From Chloroflexota bacterium (lineage in GTDB: Bacteria; Chloroflexota; Limnocylindria; P2-11E): a stretch of 64,000 nucleotides of DNA. Both the position numbers and the translations under genes were made by a program. Under the pieces are notes generated by a model. That model was not told where the DNA came from and searched no databases. It worked only from the letters and a program-made list of their open reading frames with translations. The DNA lies in contig VBDX01000134.1 of NCBI GenBank assembly GCA_005881885.1, positions 4,534-68,533 on the forward strand. Direction: 5' to 3'. Below are positions 47,305 to 57,013 of this stretch, piece by piece. The stretch's first letter is position 1, and each line of letters starts with the position of its first letter.

Positions 47305-48345
47305 CTAGGGCAGGCGATTGAACCAGAGAAGCGAGAAAGCGCCGGCCATCACCGCCAGCACCGCGGCGGCCAGGGTGAAGTACGCGGTGAGCTCCGTCTT
47401 CTCGTTGCGGATGACGAGCTGCGTGGTGAGGTTCTCGTAGACCGCGCGGAGGTCCTGCTCGGTGCTCGCGCTGAAGTACTCGCCGTCGGTGAGCTGCGCG
47501 ATCTTCTTCAGGGTGGCTTCATCGAGAGCGGTGCGGACAGCGCGTCCCTGCAGCCGGACGATCGTGCCGGCAGCGCTCCCGACGCCGATCGTGTACACGC
47601 GGACGCCACGCGAAATAGCTTGATCCACGACGTCGAGCGGAGGCGGGAACTGATTGTTCTGGCCATCGGAGAGGAGGACGATCGACGCGGACGAGTGCTG
47701 ACCCTGGAGGTATGCCGGAAGCGGCGCGGCCGTCGCTCGGGGAGTGGGGGCGCCGTTCGGATTCTGCTGTTGCAGGATTGAGCTCGGAAGGTCCGTCTCG
47801 CTTCCCATCGACTCCTCGATGGCATCGAGCGATACGAGGATCGCGCGCCCGATGGCCGTCGCGCGCTGCGGCCTGAGGCGGTTGATCGCGGCGATCACCA
47901 GGCCCTTGTCGGTCGTTGGCGACTGGACGATCGACGCGTCTCCGGAGAACGAGACGACGCCGATCTTCACGCTCTCGCTCTGCTTGTCGACGAAGGCACG
48001 CGCCGCCGCCTTCGCCGCTTCGATACGGTTCGGCTTCATGTCCTCGGCGAGCATCGACCCTGACACGTCGATGGCCAGGATGACCGTCCCCTCTTGGCTT
48101 GGAACGGCGACCACGGCCTGCGGCCGCGCGACGGCGATCGACATGAACGCGAGGGCGATCAGGAAGAAAGCGGGCGGAACGTGGCGACGCCATCCCGGAC
48201 CCTTGCCGATGGCCTCGCGGACGAGCGAAAGGTTCGCGTACCGGAGCGCGTAGCGGTTGCGGCGCCGCTGCGCGAGCACGTACAGCAGGGCGAGGCCGGC
48301 GACCACGACGAGCAGCACGAGCGCCGTCGGCCAGATGAACGTCAT
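47305..48345 (-). CDS. VWA-domain membrane protein (BatA-like)
   Basis: DVSGSM MIDAS, TAIG, LLSDG. Confidence 0.93.
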   Translation of the reverse strand: MTFIWPTALVLLVVVAGLALLYVLAQRRRNRYALRYANLSLVREAIGKGPGWRRHVPPAFFLIALAFMSIAVARPQAVVAVPSQEGTVILAIDVSGSMLAEDMKPNRIEAAKAAARAFVDKQSESVKIGVVSFSGDASIVQSPTTDKGLVIAAINRLRPQRATAIGRAILVSLDAIEESMGSETDLPSSILQQQNPNGAPTPRATAAPLPAYLQGQHSSASIVLLSDGQNNQFPPPLDVVDQAISRGVRVYTIGVGSAAGTIVRLQGRAVRTALDEATLKKIAQLTDGEYFSASTEQDLRAVYENLTTQLVIRNEKTELTAYFTLAAAVLAVMAGAFSLLWFNRLP

Positions 48346-49256
48346 GCGATCCTTCCCATCGCCGCGCGTCGTGCGGCACGCCGCTTCCGTGCGTACGCGA
48401 AACGAACGATAGCGCGGACCAGGTCCTCGTCTGTACGGAGGACGAGGACGTCGACTCCCGCGCGCGCGAAGGCTCGCGCAAGTCGCTCCTCACGCCGTCG
48501 CGCCGCCTCGGTGAACCGTTCACGGAAGCGCCGGTCGTGCGTGTCCACGCGGAGCTGCTCGCCTGTCTCGCTATCGGTGAGGACGACCGGGCCGATGTCG
48601 GGCAGCTCGCTCTCGCGCGGATCTATCAGGCGTATGGCGAGCGTCTCGTGCCGGCGCGCGATCTGCAGCAGGCCCTCCTCCCATCCTTCGGCGCTAAAGA
48701 AGTCTGAGACGACGAACACGAGCGAGCGCCGCTTGAGCGTGCGCATCCCCGCTTCGAGGAGCTCGCTCAGCGACGTGAGCGGCGCCTTCTCGATGCGCGG
48801 CCGCTTCTCGATCTCGTGCAGGAGCCGAAGGACCTGGATCCGGCCGCCCAGCGCGGGGATCGCACGCTCGACCCCCGTCGCGTAGATCGTCGCGCCGACC
48901 TTGTTCCCGTGGCGTGTCAGAAGACGGGCGAGGACGGCGGTGAAGTCCAGCAGCAGATCGCGCTTACGCCGGTCCACCGTACCGAAGTCGACGGACGGCG
49001 AGAGGTCTAGCAGGAAGTGCGCGCTGATCTCGCGATCCTCGAGATATTCGCGAACGTAGGGGGTGTCGAGGCGTGCGGTGACATTCCAGTCGATGTGCCG
49101 CACGTCGTCGCCGAACGCGTACTCGCGGATGTCCGCCAGGTCGAGGCCCTGGCCCTTGAACACCGTGCGGTAGTCGCCCTGTAACAGCCCATCGAGCCGC
49201 CGCACGACGGTCCAGTCGAGGCGCTCGAGCCGTCGCTCAGGCGCGGATCGTGACAT
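48342..49256 (-). CDS. DUF58 protein
   Basis: REYAFGDDVRHIDWNVTAR, VVSDF. Confidence 0.95.
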   Translation of the reverse strand: MSRSAPERRLERLDWTVVRRLDGLLQGDYRTVFKGQGLDLADIREYAFGDDVRHIDWNVTARLDTPYVREYLEDREISAHFLLDLSPSVDFGTVDRRKRDLLLDFTAVLARLLTRHGNKVGATIYATGVERAIPALGGRIQVLRLLHEIEKRPRIEKAPLTSLSELLEAGMRTLKRRSLVFVVSDFFSAEGWEEGLLQIARRHETLAIRLIDPRESELPDIGPVVLTDSETGEQLRVDTHDRRFRERFTEAARRREERLARAFARAGVDVLVLRTDEDLVRAIVRFAYARKRRAARRAAMGRIA

Positions 49257-50238
49257 GTTCCTGCAGTGGCTCGGTGGGCACCGGGATGCGCGCGAGCACG
49301 CGGCGGACGACCTCGTCCGCGGTGACCTCGTCGGACAGCGCTTCGAACGAAAGCACGATGCGGTGCCGGATCACGTCGAGGGCGAGGTCCTGGATGTCCT
49401 GTCCGGTCACGTAGCGCCTGCCGCGCAAGAAGGCGAGTGCCCGGCCGGCGAGTACGAGATTGATCGAAGCGCGCGGGCTCGCACCGTAGCTCACGTACTT
49501 GGCGATGTCGCCGATGCCGTACTCGGCGGGTTGGCGCGTGGCCGACGAGAGGCGGACCACGTATTCCATCAGCGTCGGGTCGACGAACACGTCATCGACC
49601 TCGCGCTGGAGCGCGATGAGGCGCTCCGTCGTCATGACCGGGACGACCGGCGAGAGCCGTCCGGTCATCCGTTCGACCACAACGAACTCGTCCATCTCGC
49701 TCGGGTACCCGACGAGGACTTTCATCATGAACCGGTCGACCTGCGCCTCCGGCAGCTGGTAGACGCCCTCCGTCTCGATCGGGTTCTGCGTGGCCATGAC
49801 GAGGAAGGGATCCGGGACCTTGTGGGTCTCACGGCCGATCGTCACCTGCCGCTCCTGCATCACCTCGAGCAGGGCGCTCTGGACTTTCGCCGGCGCGCGG
49901 TTGATCTCGTCGGCGAGCAGTAGATTCGTGAACACCGGGCCGAGCGACGTCTGGAAGTCACCGAGGCGCTGGTTGTAGATACGCGTGCCGACGAGGTCGG
50001 CGGGGACAAGGTCAGGCGTGAACTGGATCCGTTTGAAGTCGCCGGTGATCGCCTGCGCGACCGTCTTGACCGAGAGCGTCTTCGCGAGTCCGGGCACACC
50101 CTCGACCAGAAGGTGGCCGCGCGCCAGGAGGCTGACCAGGAGGCGCTCCAGCAGGTGATCCTGGCCGACGATCACCTTCTTGATCTCGAAGAGGAGCCTG
50201 CCGGTGTCGGGCGGGACCGCGACCTGGGGTTCGGTCAT
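49237..50238 (-). CDS. moxR: MoxR AAA+ ATPase
   Basis: GVPGLAKT, RIQFTPDL, DEINRAPAKVQSALLE, ATQNPIE. Confidence 0.96.
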   Translation of the reverse strand: MTEPQVAVPPDTGRLLFEIKKVIVGQDHLLERLLVSLLARGHLLVEGVPGLAKTLSVKTVAQAITGDFKRIQFTPDLVPADLVGTRIYNQRLGDFQTSLGPVFTNLLLADEINRAPAKVQSALLEVMQERQVTIGRETHKVPDPFLVMATQNPIETEGVYQLPEAQVDRFMMKVLVGYPSEMDEFVVVERMTGRLSPVVPVMTTERLIALQREVDDVFVDPTLMEYVVRLSSATRQPAEYGIGDIAKYVSYGASPRASINLVLAGRALAFLRGRRYVTGQDIQDLALDVIRHRIVLSFEALSDEVTADEVVRRVLARIPVPTEPLQEHVTIRA

Positions 50239-50251
50239 GACGTCCTTCCTC

Positions 50252-51088
50252 TTAGTCCGGCGGCAGGCCGAGCGCGCCTGCCGCGGTGTCGATGGTCACG
50301 GCAAATCCGACCCCGCTGAAGGCGGGCTGCCCCGTCGGATTGACGAGTCCGGTCACGATTCCGACGACGTCACCGTCGCGATTCACGAGTGGCCCTCCCG
50401 AGGATCCCGGATTCACCGCAGCGTCAAACTGGATGAGTCCGGTGAGCGTTCGCCCCTGCCCGGGGATCTGCACGCTGCGGTTGAGGCCGCTGATCACACC
50501 TGTCGAGAGCGAGCGCGTCAGCGCGAACGGGTTTCCGACGACGATCGCGTCGTCGCCGATGTGGACCGTCGATGGACTACCAAGAGTCGCGGCCGTGATC
50601 TGCGCGGGCGGTGTCGCCGGACGCAACGCCGCAATGTCGTTCTCGGCCATCTGCGCGATGACCACCGCCCGCGATTGCGTGCCGTCGGCGAAGATGACCG
50701 TCACGCTCGGCCAGCCCTGGACGACGTGCAACGCGGTAAGGATGTCGCCGGCCTCGTCAATGACCACTCCGGAGCCGGCTTCCACGAGCGTCCCATCGGG
50801 CTTCGCGGTCTTGATCTGGACCACAGCCGGCGCAACCTTCGCGTAGACCTCGCTGATCGCGGGCGTCGGTGTGGGCGATGGCCGTACGTCCTCGGGAGCC
50901 GGCACCGGGGCGAGGGAGATCGCGATGAGCAGAGCCGGGCCCGCGAGCGCGGCGCCCCACGGAAGGGCGCGACGGATCACCGCTCCGATGCGCTCCCGCT
51001 GCGGACTCGGCGACGCGCCGGGTTCCGCGACAGCGTCAGGGCGGCCGCGCGGGAACGAGCCATATGGCCGATCCGCTCTGGTGGGCAC
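50252..51088 (-). CDS. trypsin-like S1C serine protease without PDZ
   Basis: TALHVV, DIAAL, VNPGSSGGPL. Confidence 0.9.
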   Translation of the reverse strand: MPTRADRPYGSFPRGRPDAVAEPGASPSPQRERIGAVIRRALPWGAALAGPALLIAISLAPVPAPEDVRPSPTPTPAISEVYAKVAPAVVQIKTAKPDGTLVEAGSGVVIDEAGDILTALHVVQGWPSVTVIFADGTQSRAVVIAQMAENDIAALRPATPPAQITAATLGSPSTVHIGDDAIVVGNPFALTRSLSTGVISGLNRSVQIPGQGRTLTGLIQFDAAVNPGSSGGPLVNRDGDVVGIVTGLVNPTGQPAFSGVGFAVTIDTAAGALGLPPD

Positions 51089-51155
51089 GAACCTCGGTCG
51101 AGTGTAGGCATCGAGCTTCGGTGACCGGGTATGGGTTGAGTAAGAGGGAGGTCTC

Positions 51156-51184
51156 TTGCGCTGATAGAACTAATGTTCTATCGT
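51156..51184 (+). promoter_or_regulatory. sigma70 promoter overlapped by a LexA box
   Basis: TTGCGC-17-TATCGT; GATAGAAC-TAAT-GTTCTATC at 51163-51182. Confidence 0.85.
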
Positions 51185-51251
51185 TCACAGGCCGGGCACG
51201 GGACATCTGGGTCGATGAGAGCGGTCCACTTTGCAAGGACGGATTGCGCGA

Positions 51252-52142
51252 GTGAGCGAGATCACGTATCGGGAGATAGAGGCAAGAGGCGCACTCAACC
51301 GCGTTCGGGGAATGCCGTTCGAGTGGAGCCTGAACCCCTACCTCGGTTGTGCGCACGCCTGTTCCTACTGTTTCGCTCGCGCGTACCACGCTCGTTATCG
51401 CGAACGCGATGTCGGCGAAGCGTTCGATCGGAATATCGAGGTGCGCACGAACTTCGTCGATCGCCTGCGCAACGAGCTCCGGCGCCGGCCACAGGGGTCG
51501 GTGGCGATCGGTACCGCGACCGACCCCTACCAACCGATCGAGGGCACATACCGGCTGACCCGTGGTTGCCTTGAGGCGCTCGTGGACTTCCCGATGCCGA
51601 CGGGCATCGTCACCAAGGGTCCGCTCGTCGTGCGAGATATCGACGTATTGCAGCGGCTCGACGCAAAGACCGACCTGACCGTGTACTTCAGCGTCCCTTG
51701 CGTGGACGAAGAGGTCGTTCGCAAGACCGATCCAGGCACGGCCCCACCACGGCAGCGTCTCCGGGCGCTCCGGATGCTTCGCGACGCCGGTATCGACGCG
51801 GCAGTGCTGTGCATGCCGGTGTTGCCCGGCATCACCGACAGCGAGGAATCGCTCGACCGCGCGGCGAAAGCCGCGAGCGAAGCAGGCGCAACGGCTTTCC
51901 GCCACCGTCCACTCAAGATCGACGTCGAGATACGCGACTACTACATGCAGTTCCTGGCCGCCGAGTTCCCGATGCTCGTACCGCGATACGAAGCGCTGTA
52001 CGGCAATGACATTCACCCGGGTAAGGAGTACGAACGCGAGCTCGAGCAGCGGGTCACGCGCGTCCGGACGCGCTACGAGTTCCGCGAGCGACCGGCGCGT
52101 GAGCGCAAGCCCGAAAACGAGCAGCTTCAGCTGGCTCTGTAG
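51252..52142 (+). CDS. SplB-like / Rv2578c-type radical SAM protein
   Basis: NPYLGCAHACSYCFAR, GTATDPYQPIE, PVLPGITD. Confidence 0.92.
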   Translation: MSEITYREIEARGALNRVRGMPFEWSLNPYLGCAHACSYCFARAYHARYRERDVGEAFDRNIEVRTNFVDRLRNELRRRPQGSVAIGTATDPYQPIEGTYRLTRGCLEALVDFPMPTGIVTKGPLVVRDIDVLQRLDAKTDLTVYFSVPCVDEEVVRKTDPGTAPPRQRLRALRMLRDAGIDAAVLCMPVLPGITDSEESLDRAAKAASEAGATAFRHRPLKIDVEIRDYYMQFLAAEFPMLVPRYEALYGNDIHPGKEYERELEQRVTRVRTRYEFRERPARERKPENEQLQLAL

Positions 52143-52334
52143 TCAGCACAGACACCCAGCGGGTGTCCGGATTCCGAGCACGGCATCGAGGGAGATACGC
52201 CAGGACCTGCAATCGCGGGGATCACCGTGACATCTGCGTTACGGCGGGGATCAGCATTAATGGCGCCAGCGAAAAGGCACAGGAACTGCGTATGCGAGAG
52301 ACGTGGCAAACGAGGAACGGCGGAGCGCCGAGCG

Positions 52335-52622
52335 ATGAGCTGGATCGATCAGCTCATCCAGCATCTCGAGCAGGTCACCTGCAGCGGCTGCGGGGAGTAC
52401 TACCACGGCGGGGACATCGCGGCCGTAGTCACCGAGCCGTCACGCCTCATCGTGCGGTTGCGCTGCCGATCATGTGGACAGGACGGCATCGCAATCCTCG
52501 ACTTCGGGACGAAGCCGGTTGCTCCTGAGCCCATTACCGCCGACGACGTGCTCGACACGCACGACCTACTGGCGCGTGCGAGCGGACCGCCCACAGAGCT
52601 TTTCCCGGCGCTGGCGATCTAG
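52335..52622 (+). CDS. small zinc-ribbon protein
   Basis: GGAG RBS; CSGCG...CRSCG, PITADDVLDTH. Confidence 0.7.
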   Translation: MSWIDQLIQHLEQVTCSGCGEYYHGGDIAAVVTEPSRLIVRLRCRSCGQDGIAILDFGTKPVAPEPITADDVLDTHDLLARASGPPTELFPALAI

Positions 52623-52909
52623 GTCAGCCGGCGCAGCGCGCCGGACGTCTCGCGTACGTCGCGCCACCTTTCGTGGTTCGGTACTGCCTTGCAGCCGGCG
52701 AAGGCCGGAGGTCGCGGGATGCGACCCGCCGTTCACGATCTCGCGGGTGCATTCGGTCCCGCCAAAAGACAAACGGCGAGCATGATTTTTGACCTTCGCT
52801 CGCTGGTCCGGCCGGAAAGTGACCATGCGAGGGCCGCGGCGTGCGAAATCAACACATTGACTTCGTTACTCAGCATGACAAAACTCTCCTTCCGAGCTAG
52901 GGGAGGCGC

Positions 52910-53305
52910 GTGATGTCGACGATCGTCCACTACGAGTGCCGCAACCCAGGTCACCTTCGCGGAGGATCGCGCCGCGGGATCGGTGGGACCGTCATTCACC
53001 ATGGATCGGTCGGCTATTGCGACGGGGTCAACGTCGACGGTGCCCATCGGTGGGTCCCGACCGGCGGGGTGCCGATCGAATACCTCTACGACGGCTCGCC
53101 GACATTCGACGGCCCGGGCACGTACCGCGCGAGCGACGGAGCGCTCGTGCACGTTCGCCCTGCGGCCAGCGGCAAGCTGCTGTTCGAGGTCGACGGGGGA
53201 CGATTCGCGGCACGGACCGATCTGCATGTCGGTGTGAAGCTTTCGGACGATCCTGACTGGCCCGATCCCGAGCCGGTCCGGATGGCGCTCCTGCACGCGG
53301 ACTAG
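52910..53305 (+). CDS. uncharacterised Cys/His small-domain protein, copy 3, with C-terminal extension
   Basis: GGGGAGG RBS; IVHYECRNPGH...GYCDGVNVDGAHRWVPTGG. Confidence 0.8.
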   Translation: MMSTIVHYECRNPGHLRGGSRRGIGGTVIHHGSVGYCDGVNVDGAHRWVPTGGVPIEYLYDGSPTFDGPGTYRASDGALVHVRPAASGKLLFEVDGGRFAARTDLHVGVKLSDDPDWPDPEPVRMALLHAD

Positions 53306-53315
53306 CTTCTCCTCC

Positions 53316-54572
53316 GTACAGACGCCGCTCTCGAACCGCGACATCGCGGAGCTCCTCGCGCTCGAATCCGAGCGAGCCGAAGGGCGCAAGCAGCGCGCAC
53401 TGCGTCGCGCATCTCGTGCCGCGCTCATGTGGTCGGAAGAAGCTACCGTCATCCAGGAATCCGGACGCGATCTCACCGAGCTCAGCGCCATCGGTCCGTT
53501 CACCGCGAACTTCATCTCGCGATGGCTGAAGGATCGGCCCGAGGTACCCGCACCGCCGCCGATCCGAGACGGATTCATCACCTACGCCTCCGCGCGCGAG
53601 GTCACCAGAGTCCACGCCGAGTGGGTCGGCGCAGCGAAAGCGGACCATCAGATGCACACCGACGAGACTGACGGTAGCTCCACGATCGACGAGATGGCCG
53701 AGGCTGCGCGGGCTCTGGGGCGGGAACGAATCGCCATCACCGACCACTCCAGGACGCTACGCATCACGAACGGGATGGATGAAGCCCGTCTCGCGGCACA
53801 GGGCGACCGCGTCGACGCGGTCAACGCGCGCGGGGCGGGTCCGTGGGTCCTCAAGGGCATCGAGATGGACCTCACGCCTGAAGGCGCCGGCGACATGGAG
53901 CCCGCAGCGCTCGCGCGGCTCGACCTCGTGCTCGGCGCCTTCCACTCCAAGCTTCGTCTCCGTGACGACCAGACCGAGCGCTACTTCCGCGCGCTCGCGA
54001 ACCCCGACATACAGGTGCTGGCCCATCCGCGCGGGCGCGTCTACAACTTCCGTACGGGCCTCGTCTGCGACTGGGACCGCGTCGCCCGCCGGGCAAGCGA
54101 GACCGGCACGGTCCTCGAGATCGACGCTTATCCCGATCGCCAGGACCTCGACATCGAGCGCCTGCGCATCGTGGCGGCCGAAGGCGCCTGGATCTCTATT
54201 GGCACCGACGCTCACAGTCCCGGCGAGCTGGCGTTCCTCGAGATCGGGATCGCGGCGGCGATCCTCGCGGGCGTTCCCAGGGAAAGGGTGCTGAACCTGC
54301 TCTCCAATCGCGCATTCGCGGAGCGGGTCGGCCTCGTTCGTGCAGCAAAGGCCGCGAAGATTTCCGAAAGGGGCACGAACAGAGTGGCAGGTGGAAAGCG
54401 CGAGCGCATCGACACCACGCCGGGCAAGTCCGGTGGTTCTCGTTTCGTCCGGCGCGAGGCCGGCGGGAGATTCAGCACCGACCAAACGAGCGCAGGTCGG
54501 AGCGTCGCCCAGGACAAGCGAGTGAAGGCGAAGAACGCGGCGCCGAAAGGGATGAAGGATCGCGGCGACTAA
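53316..54572 (+). CDS. PHP-domain protein (PolX-like N-terminal helical domain + PHP, no polymerase core) with basic tail; proposed GTA start
   Basis: LSNRDIAELL...ALRRASRA lies upstream of ATG 53427; HQMHT, ITDHS, AHPRGR, GTDAH. Confidence 0.85.
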   Translation, partial: VQTPLSNRDIAELLALESERAEGRKQRALRRASRAALMWSEEATVIQESGRDLTELSAIGPFTANFISRWLKDRPEVPAPPPIRDGFITYASAREVTRVHAEWVGAAKADHQMHTDETDGSSTIDEMAEAARALGRERIAITDHSRTLRITNGMDEARLAAQGDRVDAVNARGAGPWVLKGIEMDLTPEGAGDMEPAALARLDLVLGAFHSKLRLRDDQTERYFRALANPDIQVLAHPRGRVYNFRTGLVCDWDRVARRASETGTVLEIDAYPDRQDLDIERLRIVAAEGAWISIGTDAHSPGELAFLEIGIAAAILAGVPRERVLNLLSNRAFAERVGLVRAAKAAKISERGTNRVAGGKRERIDTTPGKSGGSRFVRREAGGRFSTDQTSAGRSVAQDKRVKAKNAAPKGMKDRGD

Positions 54573-55185
54573 GACCAAGGAGAAGGCGCGCTCCCTCCGC
54601 GAGTACACGCGCAAGCGCGACTTCGCGACCACAGACGAGCCTCGGGGCGTTCGAGCGCGGAGCTCTCCACGGCCGTTGTTCGTGGTCCAGAAGCACCGCG
54701 CGAGCGCTCTGCACTACGACTTTCGCCTAGAGGCCGGCGGCGTTCTCGTATCGTGGGCTGTCCCCAAGGGTCCATCGCCCGATCCAAAGGTCAAGCGTCT
54801 CGCGATGGCCGTGGAGGACCACCCGCTCGACTACGCGCGCTTCGAGGGTGTGATCCCCGAGGGCGAGTACGGCGGCGGTACGGTCATGGTCTGGGACATC
54901 GGGACGTACGAGCTCGAGGGCGATGAAAGCTTCGACGAGGCGCTTCGCAAGGGCCGGATCGTCTTCACGCTGAACGGCAAGAAGCTGAGGGGCGGGTGGG
55001 TCCTTGTCCACACGAGCGGCCGGCAGTGGCTCCTCATGAAGCGGACGGACCGGCACGCTTCCACGGTCGATGTGACCCGAGCGAAGCCGCGCTCGGTCCT
55101 CACCCGCCGGCTTCTCGCGGGGATCGCCCGCGACGAGGGCGGCGACGTAGCGAAGGCCGCGACCGGCGATCCCAGCGGTAGGTAG
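54559..55185 (+). CDS. LigD 3'-phosphoesterase domain protein (start non-canonical/uncertain)
   Basis: LREYTRKRDF..T.EP lies upstream of TTG 54676; FVVQKH, LHYDFRLE, SWAVPKGPS, EDHPLDY. Confidence 0.9.
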   Translation: MAATKTKEKARSLREYTRKRDFATTDEPRGVRARSSPRPLFVVQKHRASALHYDFRLEAGGVLVSWAVPKGPSPDPKVKRLAMAVEDHPLDYARFEGVIPEGEYGGGTVMVWDIGTYELEGDESFDEALRKGRIVFTLNGKKLRGGWVLVHTSGRQWLLMKRTDRHASTVDVTRAKPRSVLTRRLLAGIARDEGGDVAKAATGDPSGR

Positions 55186-55209
55186 GGCCCCTGGTGGGGC
55201 AGGGCCGAA

Positions 55210-56136
55210 GTGAAGCTCATCCGCCCAATGCTCGCGACGCTGTCGCCCAGCGTCGTGGAGGGGCCGGAATGGGTCTTCGAGGAAAAGTACGACGGCATCC
55301 GCGCACTCGCCGGCCGCGAACGCGGCCGCGTGAAGATGTGGTCGCGGATGCTGCAGGACCTGACCGCCGGGTTCCCCCACGTCGCCCTGGCGGTGGCCGC
55401 GCTACCCGGCGGGGACCTTCTGCTCGACGGTGAGCTCGTGGCGCTTGACGCGAAAGGAGTCTCGCGCTTCCAGCTGTTGCAGCGACGCGGCGCTGCCGGG
55501 GCTTCGCCCACGAGGTACGCGGTGTTCGACCTGCTCGAGCTCGAGGGCCGAACGCTCATACGACGCCCGCTCGGCGAGCGCCGCTCCGCGCTCGAGCGTT
55601 TCATCGGCCTGCGGACCGAGCCGTTCTTCGTTTCCCGCCGGCTCGTCCGAGATGGGAAGGCCGCGTACCGCGAGGCCAAGCGCCTCGGTTGGGAAGGCAT
55701 CATCGCGAAGGACGAGAGTTCGCCGTACGAGCCAGGCACGCGGTCGCGCTACTGGCGCAAGGTCAAGGTGCGAAAGGAGTCCGAGTTCGTGATCGGCGGA
55801 TTCACCGCGCCTCAGGGCGGCAGGCAGCATCTTGGCGCTCTCCTCGTCGGGCTCTACGACGGACGGAGGCTGCGCTTTGTCGGCAAGGTCGGCACCGGCT
55901 TCACGCAGCAGACGCTGGACATCCTCGCCGCGAAGCTGGACCGCCTTCGAACCGAGCGTCCGCCTTTCGATCCGCCGCCACGCATACGCGACGCGACCTG
56001 GGTCCGGCCGAAGCTCGTCGCGCAGCTCGCATATGCCGAGTGGACCGCTGACGGCAAGCTGCGCCAACCGGCGTTCCTCGGCCTTCGCACCGATAAGCAC
56101 CCGGCGGAGGTCACCTGGAGCCAGCGTGAGCGCTAG
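55210..56136 (+). CDS. ATP-dependent DNA ligase (LigD ligase domain)
   Basis: EEKYDGIR, LDGELV, FDLL, EGIIAK, WRKVK. Confidence 0.95.
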   Translation: MKLIRPMLATLSPSVVEGPEWVFEEKYDGIRALAGRERGRVKMWSRMLQDLTAGFPHVALAVAALPGGDLLLDGELVALDAKGVSRFQLLQRRGAAGASPTRYAVFDLLELEGRTLIRRPLGERRSALERFIGLRTEPFFVSRRLVRDGKAAYREAKRLGWEGIIAKDESSPYEPGTRSRYWRKVKVRKESEFVIGGFTAPQGGRQHLGALLVGLYDGRRLRFVGKVGTGFTQQTLDILAAKLDRLRTERPPFDPPPRIRDATWVRPKLVAQLAYAEWTADGKLRQPAFLGLRTDKHPAEVTWSQRER

Positions 56137-57013
56137 CGCGGGGAAGATCGCCGGCGTCGCGATCAGCAACCCCGACAAAGTGTGGTGGCCCGACGACGGC
56201 ATCACCAAGGCCGACGTCGCCCGCTTCTACGACGGCATGTGGTCGCGTCTTCTGCCGTGGCTGCGCGACCGGCCGCTCACCGGCGAGCGGTGCCCCGACG
56301 GCATGCTCGGCAGCTGTTTCTATCAAAAGGACTTCCCCGAGGACCGCGCGCCCGCCGGTCCACGTCTGGTCCTCCAGGCGACGAGCACGGGGAAGGACGT
56401 CCGCTACATCGTCGGCGGCTCGCGCGCGACGCTCATCGGGATGGTGAATCTCGGGTGCATCGCGATCCACGTCATGACCTCGCGCGCCTCGCGCATGGAC
56501 GAGGTGGACTGGCTCGCCTTCGACATGGATCCGCAGACCGGCGAGTTCGCCGATGCGGCGCGCGCGGGACTCGCGCTCCGAACGGTGCTCGACGAGGTCG
56601 GCCTCGTCTCCTACCCAAAGACTTCGGGAAGCCGAGGGCTCCACATCTTCTGCCCGCTCCGCGCTGGCGTCTCACCGCAGCGTGCCGCCGCGGTGGCCGT
56701 ATCGCTCGGCCAGGAGCTCGCACGCCGCGAGCCTGACCTCGTGACGGTCGAGTTCTCCAAGAGCAAGCGGGGTGCGCGGGTCTTCGCCGACGCGATGCGG
56801 AACGCGTACGGGCAGACCATCGTCGGTCCGTACAGCGTCCGCCGCCGGCCAAAGGCGCCGGTCTCGACGCCGCTCGCGTGGGACGAGGTCACGACCCGGC
56901 TCGACCCGGCGTCATTCAATTTGCGAACGTTCGAGCGCCGCATCGCGCGATCCGATCCGTGGGCCGATTTCTGGCGGCGCCGGCAGTCGGTACCTCGTCG
57001 CATCGCGACGTGA
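56126..57013 (+). CDS. LigD primase-polymerase domain protein
   Basis: NPDKVWWP, ERCPDG, FYQK, FDMDP, KTSGSRGLH, PYSVR. Confidence 0.95.
   Translation: MSASAGKIAGVAISNPDKVWWPDDGITKADVARFYDGMWSRLLPWLRDRPLTGERCPDGMLGSCFYQKDFPEDRAPAGPRLVLQATSTGKDVRYIVGGSRATLIGMVNLGCIAIHVMTSRASRMDEVDWLAFDMDPQTGEFADAARAGLALRTVLDEVGLVSYPKTSGSRGLHIFCPLRAGVSPQRAAAVAVSLGQELARREPDLVTVEFSKSKRGARVFADAMRNAYGQTIVGPYSVRRRPKAPVSTPLAWDEVTTRLDPASFNLRTFERRIARSDPWADFWRRRQSVPRRIAT

Noticed and set aside
52151-52167. GACACCC-AGC-GGGTGTC hairpin after the radical SAM gene
   Set aside because: No U-tract, so too weak to call a terminator.
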